A DNA stretch of 30,347 nt from Macrostomum lignano (GCA_002269645.1 NIVC01002021.1:1-30347), one strand, 5' to 3'; shown: positions 1 to 10,487, counted from the first letter of the stretch. The notes: a model not told the origin generated them from the letters alone. Program-made: numbers and translations.

Positions 1-35
1 CCTGCTTTCTTTTAACTTTGCCATAGACATTTCAG

Positions 36-233
36 CGGGCCGTGAAACCAACCGAATGCATTGGAGTAAATGGATTTACCATAGACAGTCTCAACGGTTC
101 GTGATTACGCGGTTTCACGCCCGATAACTATAACACTAATATGGATGGGCCGCATCAGTCAGAAACGAGCTAACACGGCGCTACGCGCTTCGGCGTTATA
201 GCTGGTTTCTGCCCTCTGCAGCCCGTCAATATT
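36..233. repeat. Two adjacent imperfect inverted repeats (hairpins), possibly a transposon terminus
   Basis: CGGGCCGTGAAACC (36-49) vs GGTTTCACGCCCG (111-123). AATATGGATGGGCCGCA (138-154) vs TGCAGCCCGTCAATATT (217-233), 14/17. CAGAAACGAGCTA (160-172) vs TAGCTGGTTTCTG (199-211), 12/13. Central GCGC-TAC-GCGC at 178-188. Confidence 0.7.
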
Positions 234-472
234 GGTATATTGCACGGAAAAGTTTTTACGTACGATTACAAACAATAATAGCAACAGTATTAGAAAAAAG
301 AAATAGCAAATTACTGACCTTTTATTTTATAGGTTATGTCAGTTATTGATTATGTTAACATCATTATAACAATCAACGATCAGTAAAAATAATCGGTCAA
401 CACACACGAATAAAGGTCTTCGATATTAATTAATTCAATAGCCGTAATAGTCTTTCTAGGATAAAAAAGAAA

Positions 473-830
473 TTAATGAAAGTGCACCGAGCAGCTTGAA
501 AAATAGAATTGTCCACCGTTCTTCACTCGCTTTCTTCTGATCCTTCCTTTAGATTGACTTGCTCAGACTCTATGACGAACCGCCCCTCTTTAGCGCTTCT
601 CTCTGACTCACCTGGAATCTCGCTGCGCTCACCCATATATTGTACCAAGCTCTTGGACATCTCTACCGTCTTGCAATAAGCCCGCTAGAATTCTTCGGAT
701 ACCGCACGACGGAGCGGCTGTCCTTATGGCCAGTAACAGCAGCTATATCAGCCGGTGAGTGATATACAGCTCCGTGATGCAACAATATGAGTTAGCTTCT
801 CAAGTGTGTCCAGTCCACACAAGGTCGGAA
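473..830 (-). mobile_element. Decayed Crypton-like tyrosine recombinase, C-terminal part (frameshifts and stops)
   Basis: Joining minus-strand frames gives TGH-T-LRS*LILLHHGAVYHSPADIAAVTGHKDSRSVVRY...RRVEMSKSL...GGQFYFSSCSVHFH*. This has H-x-x-R, TGH (His codon 726-728) and Tyr (699-701) at tyrosine-recombinase spacing, followed by the MS-x-x-L and F-x-x-C-x-x-x-F tail seen in Crypton/DUF3504 proteins. Motif recognition only. Confidence 0.6.
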
Positions 831-1864
831 AGTTATCAGTAATCGTTTTAGAGGATTCTGAATCTTTCCACTTCTTCGAGCGAGCAAGAGCTTTGAAGAC
901 TTTTAGCCAGGTTGAGGCGCGGTCTGCATCCGAGAGGTGCGACGCCATTGTGATGACTCGCGCACAGTAATTGCATGTGGTGGGGCCAAGAACGAGCCCA
1001 GTAGTAAAGTAACATATTTTAGCTGTCAACTTTAGGTAAAGTAAAAATTTACACGTGCACACGACTATCTTTACTCGTAAGTAGTAAACTGCGCATAGAA
1101 TGTAATTTTTTAAATTAGGTTTTGCAGTGAATCTAAGATGCCTTCGTTGGCCTTTTAACTTAGCAAATTTCTAACATTTCAGGTAGCTCCTGATGGCTTT
1201 TCTCAATGCGCATTTGGTCTCTTGGGATGCTTTCAGAGGTTCGTCTCACACCATCAGATCCAGATGATCATGTGACCATGCAAGGACTCGTCTCAGTTGT
1301 TCGCCGAAAGCTCGTAAACCTTCCTTATTGAACGGTTTCTGAACCCAAGTAGGTTGGTGGTCGCAATTGGTCACTACAAATGCATATTATATATGTACTT
1401 AATGCAGTTGCGAGTCGTGACGCAGGTAACCTGTAAAAGCTATGGTCGGACATGCCAGTGCTTTGTCCCCTCGCTCCACCTGTGATCCGTTATGGAAATC
1501 AATAATTTTGCTTCGGGGCGCCAAAATATAGTGCTTTCTGCGCCACAATAAATGCCAGCGGCGCCAAAATGAGGGCTAGTAACCAATTCTCAAAGTATTT
1601 TACATGTAGTAATTTAGTTTTGTAGACTAGCAATCCAGTGCCCCATTCGGGGCGCCCGAAGCAGGGAGCGAAAATTATTCATGCAAATCCATTAAAAAGA
1701 CAATTTTCTTAAGAACCAATTCCTTCTTCAGTTTTATAAATCACCTTATTCGAGTAAAATTTTCATGGACAAAGATGCTTCCTATGAATATCTTTTTTTC
1801 TAAAATTTACAAAGACGACAAAAAAGTTTTTACAAAGATAACAGACTTTCCCTTAAATAGAAAA

Positions 1865-2193
1865 CATCCCCAGGAAAGCAAGCATCTCCCCAGGTAGCAA
1901 GCACCCCAGATAGCAATCATCCACAGATAGCAAGCACCCCCCAAATAGCAAGCATCCCCACATAGCAATCATCCACAGATAGCAAGCATCCTGCAGATAG
2001 CAAGCATCCCCCAGATAGCAAGCATCCTGCAGATAGCAGCATCCCCCAGATAGCAAGCATCCTGCAGATAGCAGCATCCCCCAGATAGCAAGCATTCTGC
2101 AGATAGCAGCATCCCCCAGATAGCAAGCATCCCCAGATAGCAAGCATCCCCCAGATAGCAAGCATCCTGCAGATAGCAAGCATCCCTGGATAG
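1865..2193. repeat. Minisatellite, 17-18 bp unit AGATAGCAAGCATCC(CCC/TGC), about 18 copies
   Basis: Directly visible; explains ORFs 1853-2282. Confidence 0.95.
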
Positions 2194-3478
2194 AAAGAAT
2201 CCCATACATGTAGATACATGTAGCTAGTACCGCTCTCTCTCAAATAGCAAGTACCCCCCCCCCTCGAGATCCATGGCGACAACCCCTAAATGATTGACAT
2301 CCAGGAAAGGTAGTTTAGGCGTGAGTGAGGCAAAGGGTAAAAGTGTCAAACAACACTGCACACGGACCAACAGTCTTGTCGAAAATGGAAAGTTTGAACC
2401 ACTCTGTCCCAAAAGCTGAATTGATCAGTGTCTGGACTCTGGGAAAGCTACTTCGATTGCTTTTACAAAGCAAGCAGAGAGGCTTGCCTCTTGTCATACT
2501 AGTAGGAGTTGGTTTCAATGTTGAGTGTCGAAAAGACTCTCAGTTGACTGAGCGAGACAAAAACAAACTGACTGCAGACTGGATTGATTGGCATCAACTC
2601 ACTGCTGTTTGCCAGCTAATTTTTTAGAAAGTTTCCATATTCTGAACAACTTAAGCTATAGGCATTGTGGCAAGAGACAAGAAAGTGAAGAGACTTCTTG
2701 TCGAGTGCTTTCTTATCTGCGACGCAGCTGGTCGACGAGTGACGATCGACTTCGTAGAGAAAACTCCTCAGTTTCTTTGCATCTCTCTCGTTTCTCGAAT
2801 ACTGAGAGAGAACTCAAGTCCAATCGAAGAACTCTGTTGAATGAGAGCTTCGAAAAAGACACATTCTTGAGGGGCAATCTGAGGGGCTCGGCTGTTGCTG
2901 AGTATACTTTTACTTACCAATTCACAGAGCGCAAGTGACAAATTAATTTGTGTGCAGCTGCTTGCAATGAAGCTGAAACAATTGAGGAGGCAATGTTTAT
3001 TGCGAAATTGACGCTGCACTTCTGTGCACCTGATCCCAGCTGCTGAACTTGCAACGCAATGCAAACTATAGAGTGCCTTAATGAAAACTATTTTTTCATT
3101 CATGAATGCGCTAGCATGGCGCCCAATTTGATGCCAATATCCTCGAAAAAGAAGTCTGCCGCGGCGTAGCTAAGTTGCGTCACTCGCAAGATTGAGAGAC
3201 TTTATAGACCTGCACTCTCAATAGTGGCGACCACAGACGCAATCTTCTGTGATGGCGACTTTGCGATGTTGCTGGGTATTTGCCCATCATGTCCTTTCGA
3301 ATGAGTTTAGACTAACTAATCCAGCGGGATGAGTCCAGAGTCATTGCAAAGTGTGTGACGTAATCAACATTATTGTTCATCTTTCTCAGCAACAACTGAA
3401 AACCGCAACACCGGACCCTGCAGTGCGTCCGACTGAGAGTTGGAAAACATAATGTCATGTTCTCGTCCCTTGCGTAAT

Positions 3479-3810
3479 CTTTTATTGGAGTCAGGGGACC
3501 TGTGTGCACCCTGGCGCACTTTAAGCGACATTGTCACACAACCGGCGAGAGGCATTGCTGCCCATTCCGCCGACTCCCCTGAGCAGCACACAGCGCGCGG
3601 ATACGTACGCAGTCATACGCACAGGCACACACTCACAGGAGTGTACATCGGCCCTAACTTTATTTATCGTTAGGTTTGTACACTTCACTGTGCCTTGGGA
3701 GTTGGTCCTCCAGGCCGTTAATTGCACGAGCAGACCCAAGCAGAGATTCCAATTTAGCCCCAAATTAATGTGACTGCATTGGTGCACTTGGAATCGAACC
3801 TGGACCGCTG
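3479..3810 (-). mobile_element. tRNA-derived SINE-like repeat, copy 1 (5' truncated)
   Basis: Aligns in reverse with 18585-19284. Perfect Pol III B-box GGTTCGATTCC (minus, 3800-3790). 3' end CTCCAATAAAA. Confidence 0.65.
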
Positions 3811-3988
3811 CCCCACTTTGCAAGTTTTGTTTTTAGTCGTTCACACTTTTCTGGACTTGCTTCACTTCGTATTTTATCAGTCTTCAACGAAATTCCGGGC
3901 TCAATTAAATCAAAAAAATTATTTTATTTTCTTGTTCAAAAGCTATGTGTCGAGTCGAGGATGCTGCAAAAGTTTTTTAGCATCATTG

Positions 3989-4082
3989 AAAGCCAGTCTC
4001 CAAGTCGGCACTGCTGCAACGGCTCGATTGGTTGGCTAAAAGTCATTGGCTGTAGCTCTCTATGAATGCAAGCGCACAGACT
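3989..4082 (+). promoter_or_regulatory. Core promoter of lectin-PAN copy 1: two inverted CCAAT boxes and a TATA-like TATGAA
   Basis: ATTGG at 4027 and 4045, TATGAA at 4061. The spacings (18 and 16 bp) and surrounding sequence are the same at 11833-11926. Confidence 0.6.
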
Positions 4083-4154
4083 CACTAGATGGGGACTCTA
4101 ATTTCTCAGAAAAACAACCAGTTGACAGCCAAGCCGCACAAATTCGACTCACTG

Positions 4155-4859
4155 ATGCCACCGAAGCAGCTGCTCAAGCTGACGCTGTTTGCGGGGCTGG
4201 CAGCCATCGCCTCTGCCACCTGCGTCGCTCCGTTCATCGACAGGCTGGGCAGCTGCGTCTTCATCGGCAACAACCCCAGCGTTTCCAGCTGGTGCGACGC
4301 AGCCAGACTGTGCCTGGGCATCGGCGGAGAGCTGCTGATGAACCTGACTGCCATCCGAGCCGTCAATCACTGGATTGACTTTTACTACATCGGAGTGACG
4401 GACCTCCTGGTTGAGGCGGGCACGTCCCGCAGCGGCTGGAGATTCGCCAACGGCTCGCTGTTTCCGACTTTGGATGACAGCGACTGGATGTCTGGCTTGC
4501 CGAACAGGGGTTCAAATGACGATGACTTTGTAGCGGTCAGCATTGCTGGTTTACGAGACAGACCCGGGAAACATGACAAAACATTCGTCTGCCAGCCAAT
4601 CGCGACGCCGAACAGCGAATACCTGGAGCCAGTTGAGTTCCTGAGGCTGGGCAACATCAGTCCTGTCTACTGCTACACTGACGCCTCGGTGAGCTCGGAG
4701 CTTTACTGCCTGTGGCTCTGCGTGCAGCGCTGGGAGTGCCGGGCCGTCCTGTTCAACCGGGCCAGCGGCGCCTGCCGCATGCTGGACTTCGCTGACTCGA
4801 GCGTCGGCGACGCCATCGAGACCGACCCAAACTGGACCAAGTTCGTCAAGGTGTACTGA
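4155..4859 (+). CDS. Secreted C-type-lectin-like domain + PAN/apple domain protein, 234 aa, single exon
   Basis: Hydrophobic leader MPPKQLLKLTLFAGLAAIASA. CTLD motifs C..C, WCDAARLC..GGELL, YYIGVTD, WRFANGS, W.SGLPN, FVC. PAN pattern C(11)C-x3-C-x5-C-RAVLF-x6-C. GC3-rich codons. ATG 4155 is preferred over 4089 because it opens the signal peptide and is the start conserved in the paralogue. Confidence 0.88.
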   Translation: MPPKQLLKLTLFAGLAAIASATCVAPFIDRLGSCVFIGNNPSVSSWCDAARLCLGIGGELLMNLTAIRAVNHWIDFYYIGVTDLLVEAGTSRSGWRFANGSLFPTLDDSDWMSGLPNRGSNDDDFVAVSIAGLRDRPGKHDKTFVCQPIATPNSEYLEPVEFLRLGNISPVYCYTDASVSSELYCLWLCVQRWECRAVLFNRASGACRMLDFADSSVGDAIETDPNWTKFVKVY

Positions 4860-5025
4860 TGCGACGTAAATGGCTTCTTGAATCCTACGAAAAAATCAGA
4901 CAGTAAAAATTAAGAATTTTAGAAGTTTTAAGACTGCACATGCACTTTGCTCACTTTGCTCTTTGTTCTTTTTACTTACTCTAGAAGTTAAAGTTGAAGT
5001 TTGTCGTGTCACCATAGCCAGCACT

Positions 5026-5375
5026 GCAATACCGAGCTCTACCGCCTTATTTCTCGTTTAAAGAACTGAAGCCACTTGTCTCGTCTAAGCGTATCACTGA
5101 AGAGTTTCTCTAATTACATTGGCAGAAAGCCATCGGCAAGCAAAAAAGTCTCCACGTGTTTTTCTTTAGAATATTGCGCTACTCAGAATAAGACGCATCC
5201 AGAATGAACAGCAGAGCGAGATTGAGTAAGTAGCTGATGGGAATGGCCAGCCCCCAAGGTAGCGAAGATGTGTGACGAGCAGCTAAGGTCCTAACCCAAA
5301 CCAGCTCTTTCGAAGGAATCGGATTTCGAACTAGGGAACCGACCTGACATCTTGAGTCTTTTAGCTGTCAGTTTC
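5026..5375 (+). repeat. 3' flank of the lectin duplication unit (homologous to 12768-13110 and partly 7190-7390)
   Basis: Shared TTAT(T/C)TCTCGTTTAAAGAAC(T/C)GAAGCCACT at 5047, 7251 and 12789. Further blocks such as GTAGCTGATG..GATGG.CAGCCCCCA.GGTAGCGAAGATGTG are shared by copies 1 and 2. Confidence 0.85.
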
Positions 5376-5383
5376 AGGTAGAT

Positions 5384-5452
5384 CAGTGGTCGGAAAACTC
5401 CGGCCCTCGGGTCACATGCCGCCGCGAAGCCTCTCTATCCGCGGGCCTCGGG
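5384..5452 (+). mobile_element. Solo hAT (Charlie/MER58-like) transposon end
   Basis: CAGTGGTCGGAAAACTCCGGCCCTCGGGTCACATGCCGCC resembles the CAGGGGTCGGCAAACTACGGCCCGCGGGCC-type hAT terminus. It starts where homology to copy 2's flank stops. No partner TIR found. Confidence 0.5.
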
Positions 5453-5476
5453 TCCTTTGAAACTTCACAATAGCAA

Positions 5477-5630
5477 TCCTCTCTCCCCTCCTCCGGGTCT
5501 CATCTCCCTTCTCTCCTCTCCCCTTATCTCCCCTCTCATCTCTCATCTCGCCTCTCTCGTCAATCCCCACCTCTCCCCTCTCCTCTTCCGTCTCTCATCT
5601 ATCCCTTCATCTGCCCTTTCTTCTCCTCTC
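5477..5630. repeat. CT-rich low-complexity polypyrimidine tract, followed by an A/G-rich tract to about 5715
   Basis: Almost only C/T on the + strand (CTCTCCCCT/CTCATCT motifs). Confidence 0.85.
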
Positions 5631-6410
5631 TAGAAATGCATAAGAAATGGGCTATGCAGCAAAAGAAAAGTTAAAAGTTAAAAGCAAGAAGAAAGATGAA
5701 GTAAAGAAGTAAAACAATGGAGGCCTACAGTCGAAAGCAACGAAGCGTGGCAAAACAGAAGGGGTGGCTGACAGAGCAGCCAATCTTCCATTCTAGACAG
5801 AAGACAAAGGCGATGCGGTTGACATGGCCGGGCCGGGAAGACCTACGGCCAACCCCGAGGAGCGTAGCAACCAGGGGGGGAGGGTGGACCTGCGGACCGA
5901 TGCGCACGAAAGAGAGGGAAAAAGACTCAAAGCCATTGCCTTGCCTTGGTTGAGTTAGAGAGCGATTGGGACTTCCACCATGACTGACACCAAGTAGTCC
6001 ACCCTCCGACCCCGTAGCAACAATACTAGTTTAATGGATTGAAGCAAATATGTGTTTTCTACGATTATAGTTACTAAAAAAACCCTGCCTTTGCTGACCA
6101 TGCCTGTTTGTATCCACCCCATCAACAGCAACGAAAATCGAAATCTAAGTCAGGCATTAAGAAATACTTAGACAGACTCGTGCTCAGAAGTTAACCTAAA
6201 GAATTCATGTTTAAAACCAGTAAAACTGTGGAAGTGTAGCTATTGGTAAAGCCAGTAACTACAATTATGTCGCAACTATTGGTGTCTGTGGTAGGATAGA
6301 AGTATTGAAATGGCCATGCAATTTTCTGTATCTCTGGAGAAGGTCTGACTGAAGAGACTCACTAAACTTGGAGAAATTCGACTTAGGAAGCTAGAAAATA
6401 GGGCTCACTT

Positions 6411-7123
6411 CAACCCTATGACTGGACACATTGCAACCCGATAGCTGGACACATTGCAACCCGATGACTGGACACATTGCAACCCGATGACTGGACACAT
6501 TGCAACCCGATGATTGGACACATTGCAACTCGATAGCTGGACACATTGCAACTCGATGACTGGACACATTGCAACCCGATAACTGGACACATTGCAACCC
6601 GATGACTGGACACATTGCAACCCGATAACTGGACACATTGCAACCCGATAGCTGGACACATTGCAACTCGATGACTGGACACATTGCAACTCGATGACTG
6701 GACACATTGCAACCCGATAACTGGACACATTGCAACTTGATGACTGGACACATTGCAACTTGATGACTGGACACATTGCAACTTGATGACTGGACACATT
6801 GCAACCCGATGACTGGACACATTGCAACCCGAAGACTGGACATTGCAACCCGATAACTGGACACATTGCAACCCGATAACTGGACACATTGCAACCCGAT
6901 AACTGGACACATTGCAACCCGATAACTGGACACATTGCAACCCGATAACTGGACACATTGCAACCCGATAACTGGACACATTGCAACCCGATAACTGGAA
7001 ACATTGCAACCCGATAACTGGACACATTGCAACCCGATAACTGGACACATTGCAACCCGATAACTGGACACATTGCAACCCGATAACTGGACACATTGCA
7101 ACCCGATAACTGGACACATTGCA
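6411..7123. repeat. Minisatellite, 23 bp unit GATAACTGGACACATTGCAACCC, about 31 copies
   Basis: Directly visible; variants are arranged in blocks (CCCG/CTCG/CTTG; GATAAC/GATGAC/GATAGC). Explains ORFs 6391-7193. Confidence 0.97.
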
Positions 7124-7941
7124 GCCAAGACAGAGAGCATTCTAACAAAAGAATAACCTTTGTTGAAGTTTGAAAGTTGAAGTTGAAGTTCAAAGAAAAG
7201 TTGAAGTTAAAGTTGAAGTTTTTCGTGTCACTCAGCCAGCCAACACCACTTTATCTCTCGTTTAAAGAACCGAAGCCACTCGTCCCGGCAAACTTTGGCT
7301 AATTACATTAATCGGCAATTAAAACATTTGCATGTTGTTTCTAATTTGTATAAGCTGTGGAGGATTCCGCTACTCGGGAAATTTTTCTGCAGTGGGTTCT
7401 GACGCTGGCGAGATTCAAAGCTGGCGGGTGACCTTTCACGCGGCAATAAGATGATCAGATGCGGTTGTATGCTGCAAGACCAGCGGCTTCGAACACCTAC
7501 AGGCTCTGCACGCAGCCAACAGTTCGGCGGTGCCTCGGTGCAGCATCGTGATCAGGCCCGGATGACCTCAATAGTCCTCTGGCACTGAGGGAGTCCATGC
7601 CGCCCGGAACTGTTGGCTATTAGTTCGTCGCGCATCACAATTTCTACTCTTAGTAGCTGAGGCTCCCCAGCCACTCAGCCTCTCTCGTTGCTTAGCCCAG
7701 CAAAGCGAGTGCTTAGCAACTCGTGCTCTCCTATGCGAGGCCTAATTAATCTAAATAAGAGAAGGCGCCTCACTAGACAAAGAAGAACACGAAAAACTGT
7801 TAAGTAAAACGCTGCAACACTGCCTACTTTGCCCAAAGATATCAACAGAAAAATGAGCCAACGCCACGCTACGCTCAAAAAGATTCACGCAAGCTGCTGT
7901 GGCGGGCACAAAGCGTGAAAAAGTGCATACAGTCCTTGATT

Positions 7942-10209
7942 GACACTTGACTGAACCTCAGTGCAGGCACCTCACTGAACCCCAGTGCAGACACCTCACT
8001 GAAACCCAGTGCAGGCACCTCACTGAACCCCAGTGCAGACACCTCACTGAACCCCAGTGCAGGCACCTCACTGAAACCCCAGTGCAGACACCTCACTGAA
8101 CCCCAGTGCAGACAACTCGCTGAACCCCAGTGCAGGCACCTCACTGAACCCCAATGCAGACACCACTGAACCCCAATGCAGTCACCTCACTGAACCCCAG
8201 TGCAGGCACCTCACTGAACCCCAATGCAGATACCTCACTGAACCCCAATGCAGATACCTCACTGAACCCCAGTGCAGGCACCACTGAACCCCAGTGCAGA
8301 CACCTCACTGAACCCAGTGCAGACACCTCACTGAACCCAGTGCAGACACCTCACTGAACCCCAGTGCAGACACCTCACTGAACCCCAATGCAGACACCTC
8401 ACTGAACCCCAGTGCAGGCACCTCACTGAACCCCAATGCAGATACCTCACTGAACCCCAATGCAGATACCTCACTGAACCCCAGTGCAGACACCTCACTG
8501 AATCCCAGTGCAGACACCTCACTGAACCCCAGTGCAGACACAACTGAACCCCAGTGCAGGCACCTCACTGAACCCCAGTGCAGGCACCTCACTGAAACCC
8601 AGTGCAGACACCTCACTGAACCTCAGTGCAGGCATCTCACTGAAACCCCAGTGCAGGCACCTCACTGAAACCCCAGTGCAGACACCTCACTGAACCCCAG
8701 TGCAGGCATCTCACTGAAACCCCAGTGCAGGCACCTCACTGAACCCCAGTGCAGACACCTCACTGAACCCCAGTGCAGGCATCTCACTGAAACCCCAGTG
8801 CAGGCACCTCACTGAACCCCAGTGCAGACACCTCACTGAACACTGTGCAGACACCTCACTGAACCTCAGTGCAGGCACCTCACTGAACCCCAGTGCAGGC
8901 ATCTCACTGAAACCCCAGTGCAGGCACCTCACTGAACCCCAGTGCAGACACCTCACTGAACACTGTGCAGACACCTCACTGAACCTCAGTGCAGGCACCT
9001 CACTGAACCCCAGTGCAGGCATCTCACTGAAACCCCAGTGCAGGCACCTCACTGAACACTGTGCAGACACCTCACTGAACCTCAGTGCAGGCACCTCACT
9101 GAACCCCAATGCAGATACCTCACTGAACCCCAATGCAGATACCTCACTGAACCCCAGTGCAGGCACCACTGAACCCCAGTGCAGACACCTCACTGAACCC
9201 AGTGCAGACACCTCACTGAACCCAGTGCAGACACCTCACTGAACCCCAGTGCAGACACCTCACTGAACCCCAATGCAGACACCTCACTGAACCCCAGTGC
9301 AGGCACCTCACTGAACCCCAATGCAGATACCTCACTGAACCCCAATGCAGATACCTCACTGAACCCCAGTGCAGACACCTCACTGAATCCCAGTGCAGAC
9401 ACCTCACTGAACCCCAGTGCAGACACAACTGAACCCCAGTGCAGGCACCTCACTGAACCCCAGTGCAGGCACCTCACTGAAACCCAGTGCAGACACCTCA
9501 CTGAACCTCAGTGCAGGCATCTCACTGAAACCCCAGTGCAGGCACCTCACTGAACCCCAGTGCAGACACCTCACTGAACCCCAGTGCAGGCATCTCACTG
9601 AAACCCAGTGCAGGCACCTCACTGAACCCCAGTGCAGACACCTCACTGAACACTGTGCAGACACCTCACTGAACCTCAGTGCAGGCACCTCACTGAACCC
9701 CAGTGCAGGCATCTCACTGAAACCCCAGTGCAGGCACCTCACTGAACCCCAGTGCAGACACCTCACTGAACACTGTGCAGACACCTCACTGAACCTCAGT
9801 GCAGGCACCTCACTGAACCCCAGTGCAGGCATCTCACTGAAACCCCAGTGCAGGCACCTCACTGAACACTGTGCAGACACCTCACTGAACCTCAGTGCAG
9901 GCACCTCACTGAAACCCCAGTGCAGACACCTCACTGAGCACTGTGCAGACACCTCACTGAACCCCAGTGCAGACACCTCACTGAACACTGTGCAGACACC
10001 TCACTGAACACTGTGCAGACACCTCACTGAACCCCAGTGCAGACACCTCACTGAACCCCAGTGCAGACACCTCACTGAACCCCAGTGCAGACACCTCACT
10101 GAACCCCAGTGCAGACACCTCACTGAGCACCGTGCAGACACCTCACTGAACACTGTGCAGACACCTCACTGAGCACTGTGCAGACACCTCACTGAACACT
10201 GTGCAGACA
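7942..10209. repeat. Minisatellite, 24 bp unit CTGAACCCCAGTGCAG(A/G)CACCTCA, about 95 copies, with higher-order structure
   Basis: Directly visible. ORFs 8305-8616 and 9190-9501 are identical, showing an 885 bp internal duplication. Confidence 0.97.
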
Positions 10210-10487
10210 TTACAAGCATTACGTGTTCGAATCAGTCAAATTTGCACTTGATTATGTTATGCCTTAATTTGTCGTACCAATAGTTGAAATTCTGCTTTTG
10301 ATTTAACTCGGGATACGAAACGGCCCCCAGACCTTAAACCTTAGATGAAACCAGAAACAAGTTGTGCAAATCATTAGCTAGATAGTTTATTATCAAGGAA
10401 TTAAATAGTCCTTAAGTCGTTTCGGCTTTGGTTCATTTTCGGGCAGTCAAAGCAACTTCCAGAGCGCATATCAGCTAGACCCCAGAG

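Noticed and set aside
1510-1665. Repeated GGGGCGCC/GGCGCCAAAAT motifs as a MITE
   Set aside because: Suggestive of transposon subterminal motifs, but no defined TIR pair or TSD.
2250-2270. AAGTACCCCCCCCCC (and the G-run at about 13194-13204) as DNA-transposon termini
   Set aside because: Only short G/C runs; no matching partner TIR or TSD found.
4089-4154. Longer N-terminus from ATG 4089, and the 11950 start given for copy 2
   Set aside because: ATG 4089 is only 28 bp after the TATA-like box, is not conserved in copy 2 and would mask the signal peptide. The 11950 ORF start is an artefact of the frameshift.
7542-7581. Hammerhead ribozyme in the hairpin loop
   Set aside because: No CUGANGA plus GAAA core on either strand.
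8841-10203. CACTGTG (reverse RSS heptamer / Transib-like end) repeated in the 24-bp array
   Set aside because: It is a simple monomer variant; no nonamer at 12/23 bp spacing and no RAG/Transib ORF.
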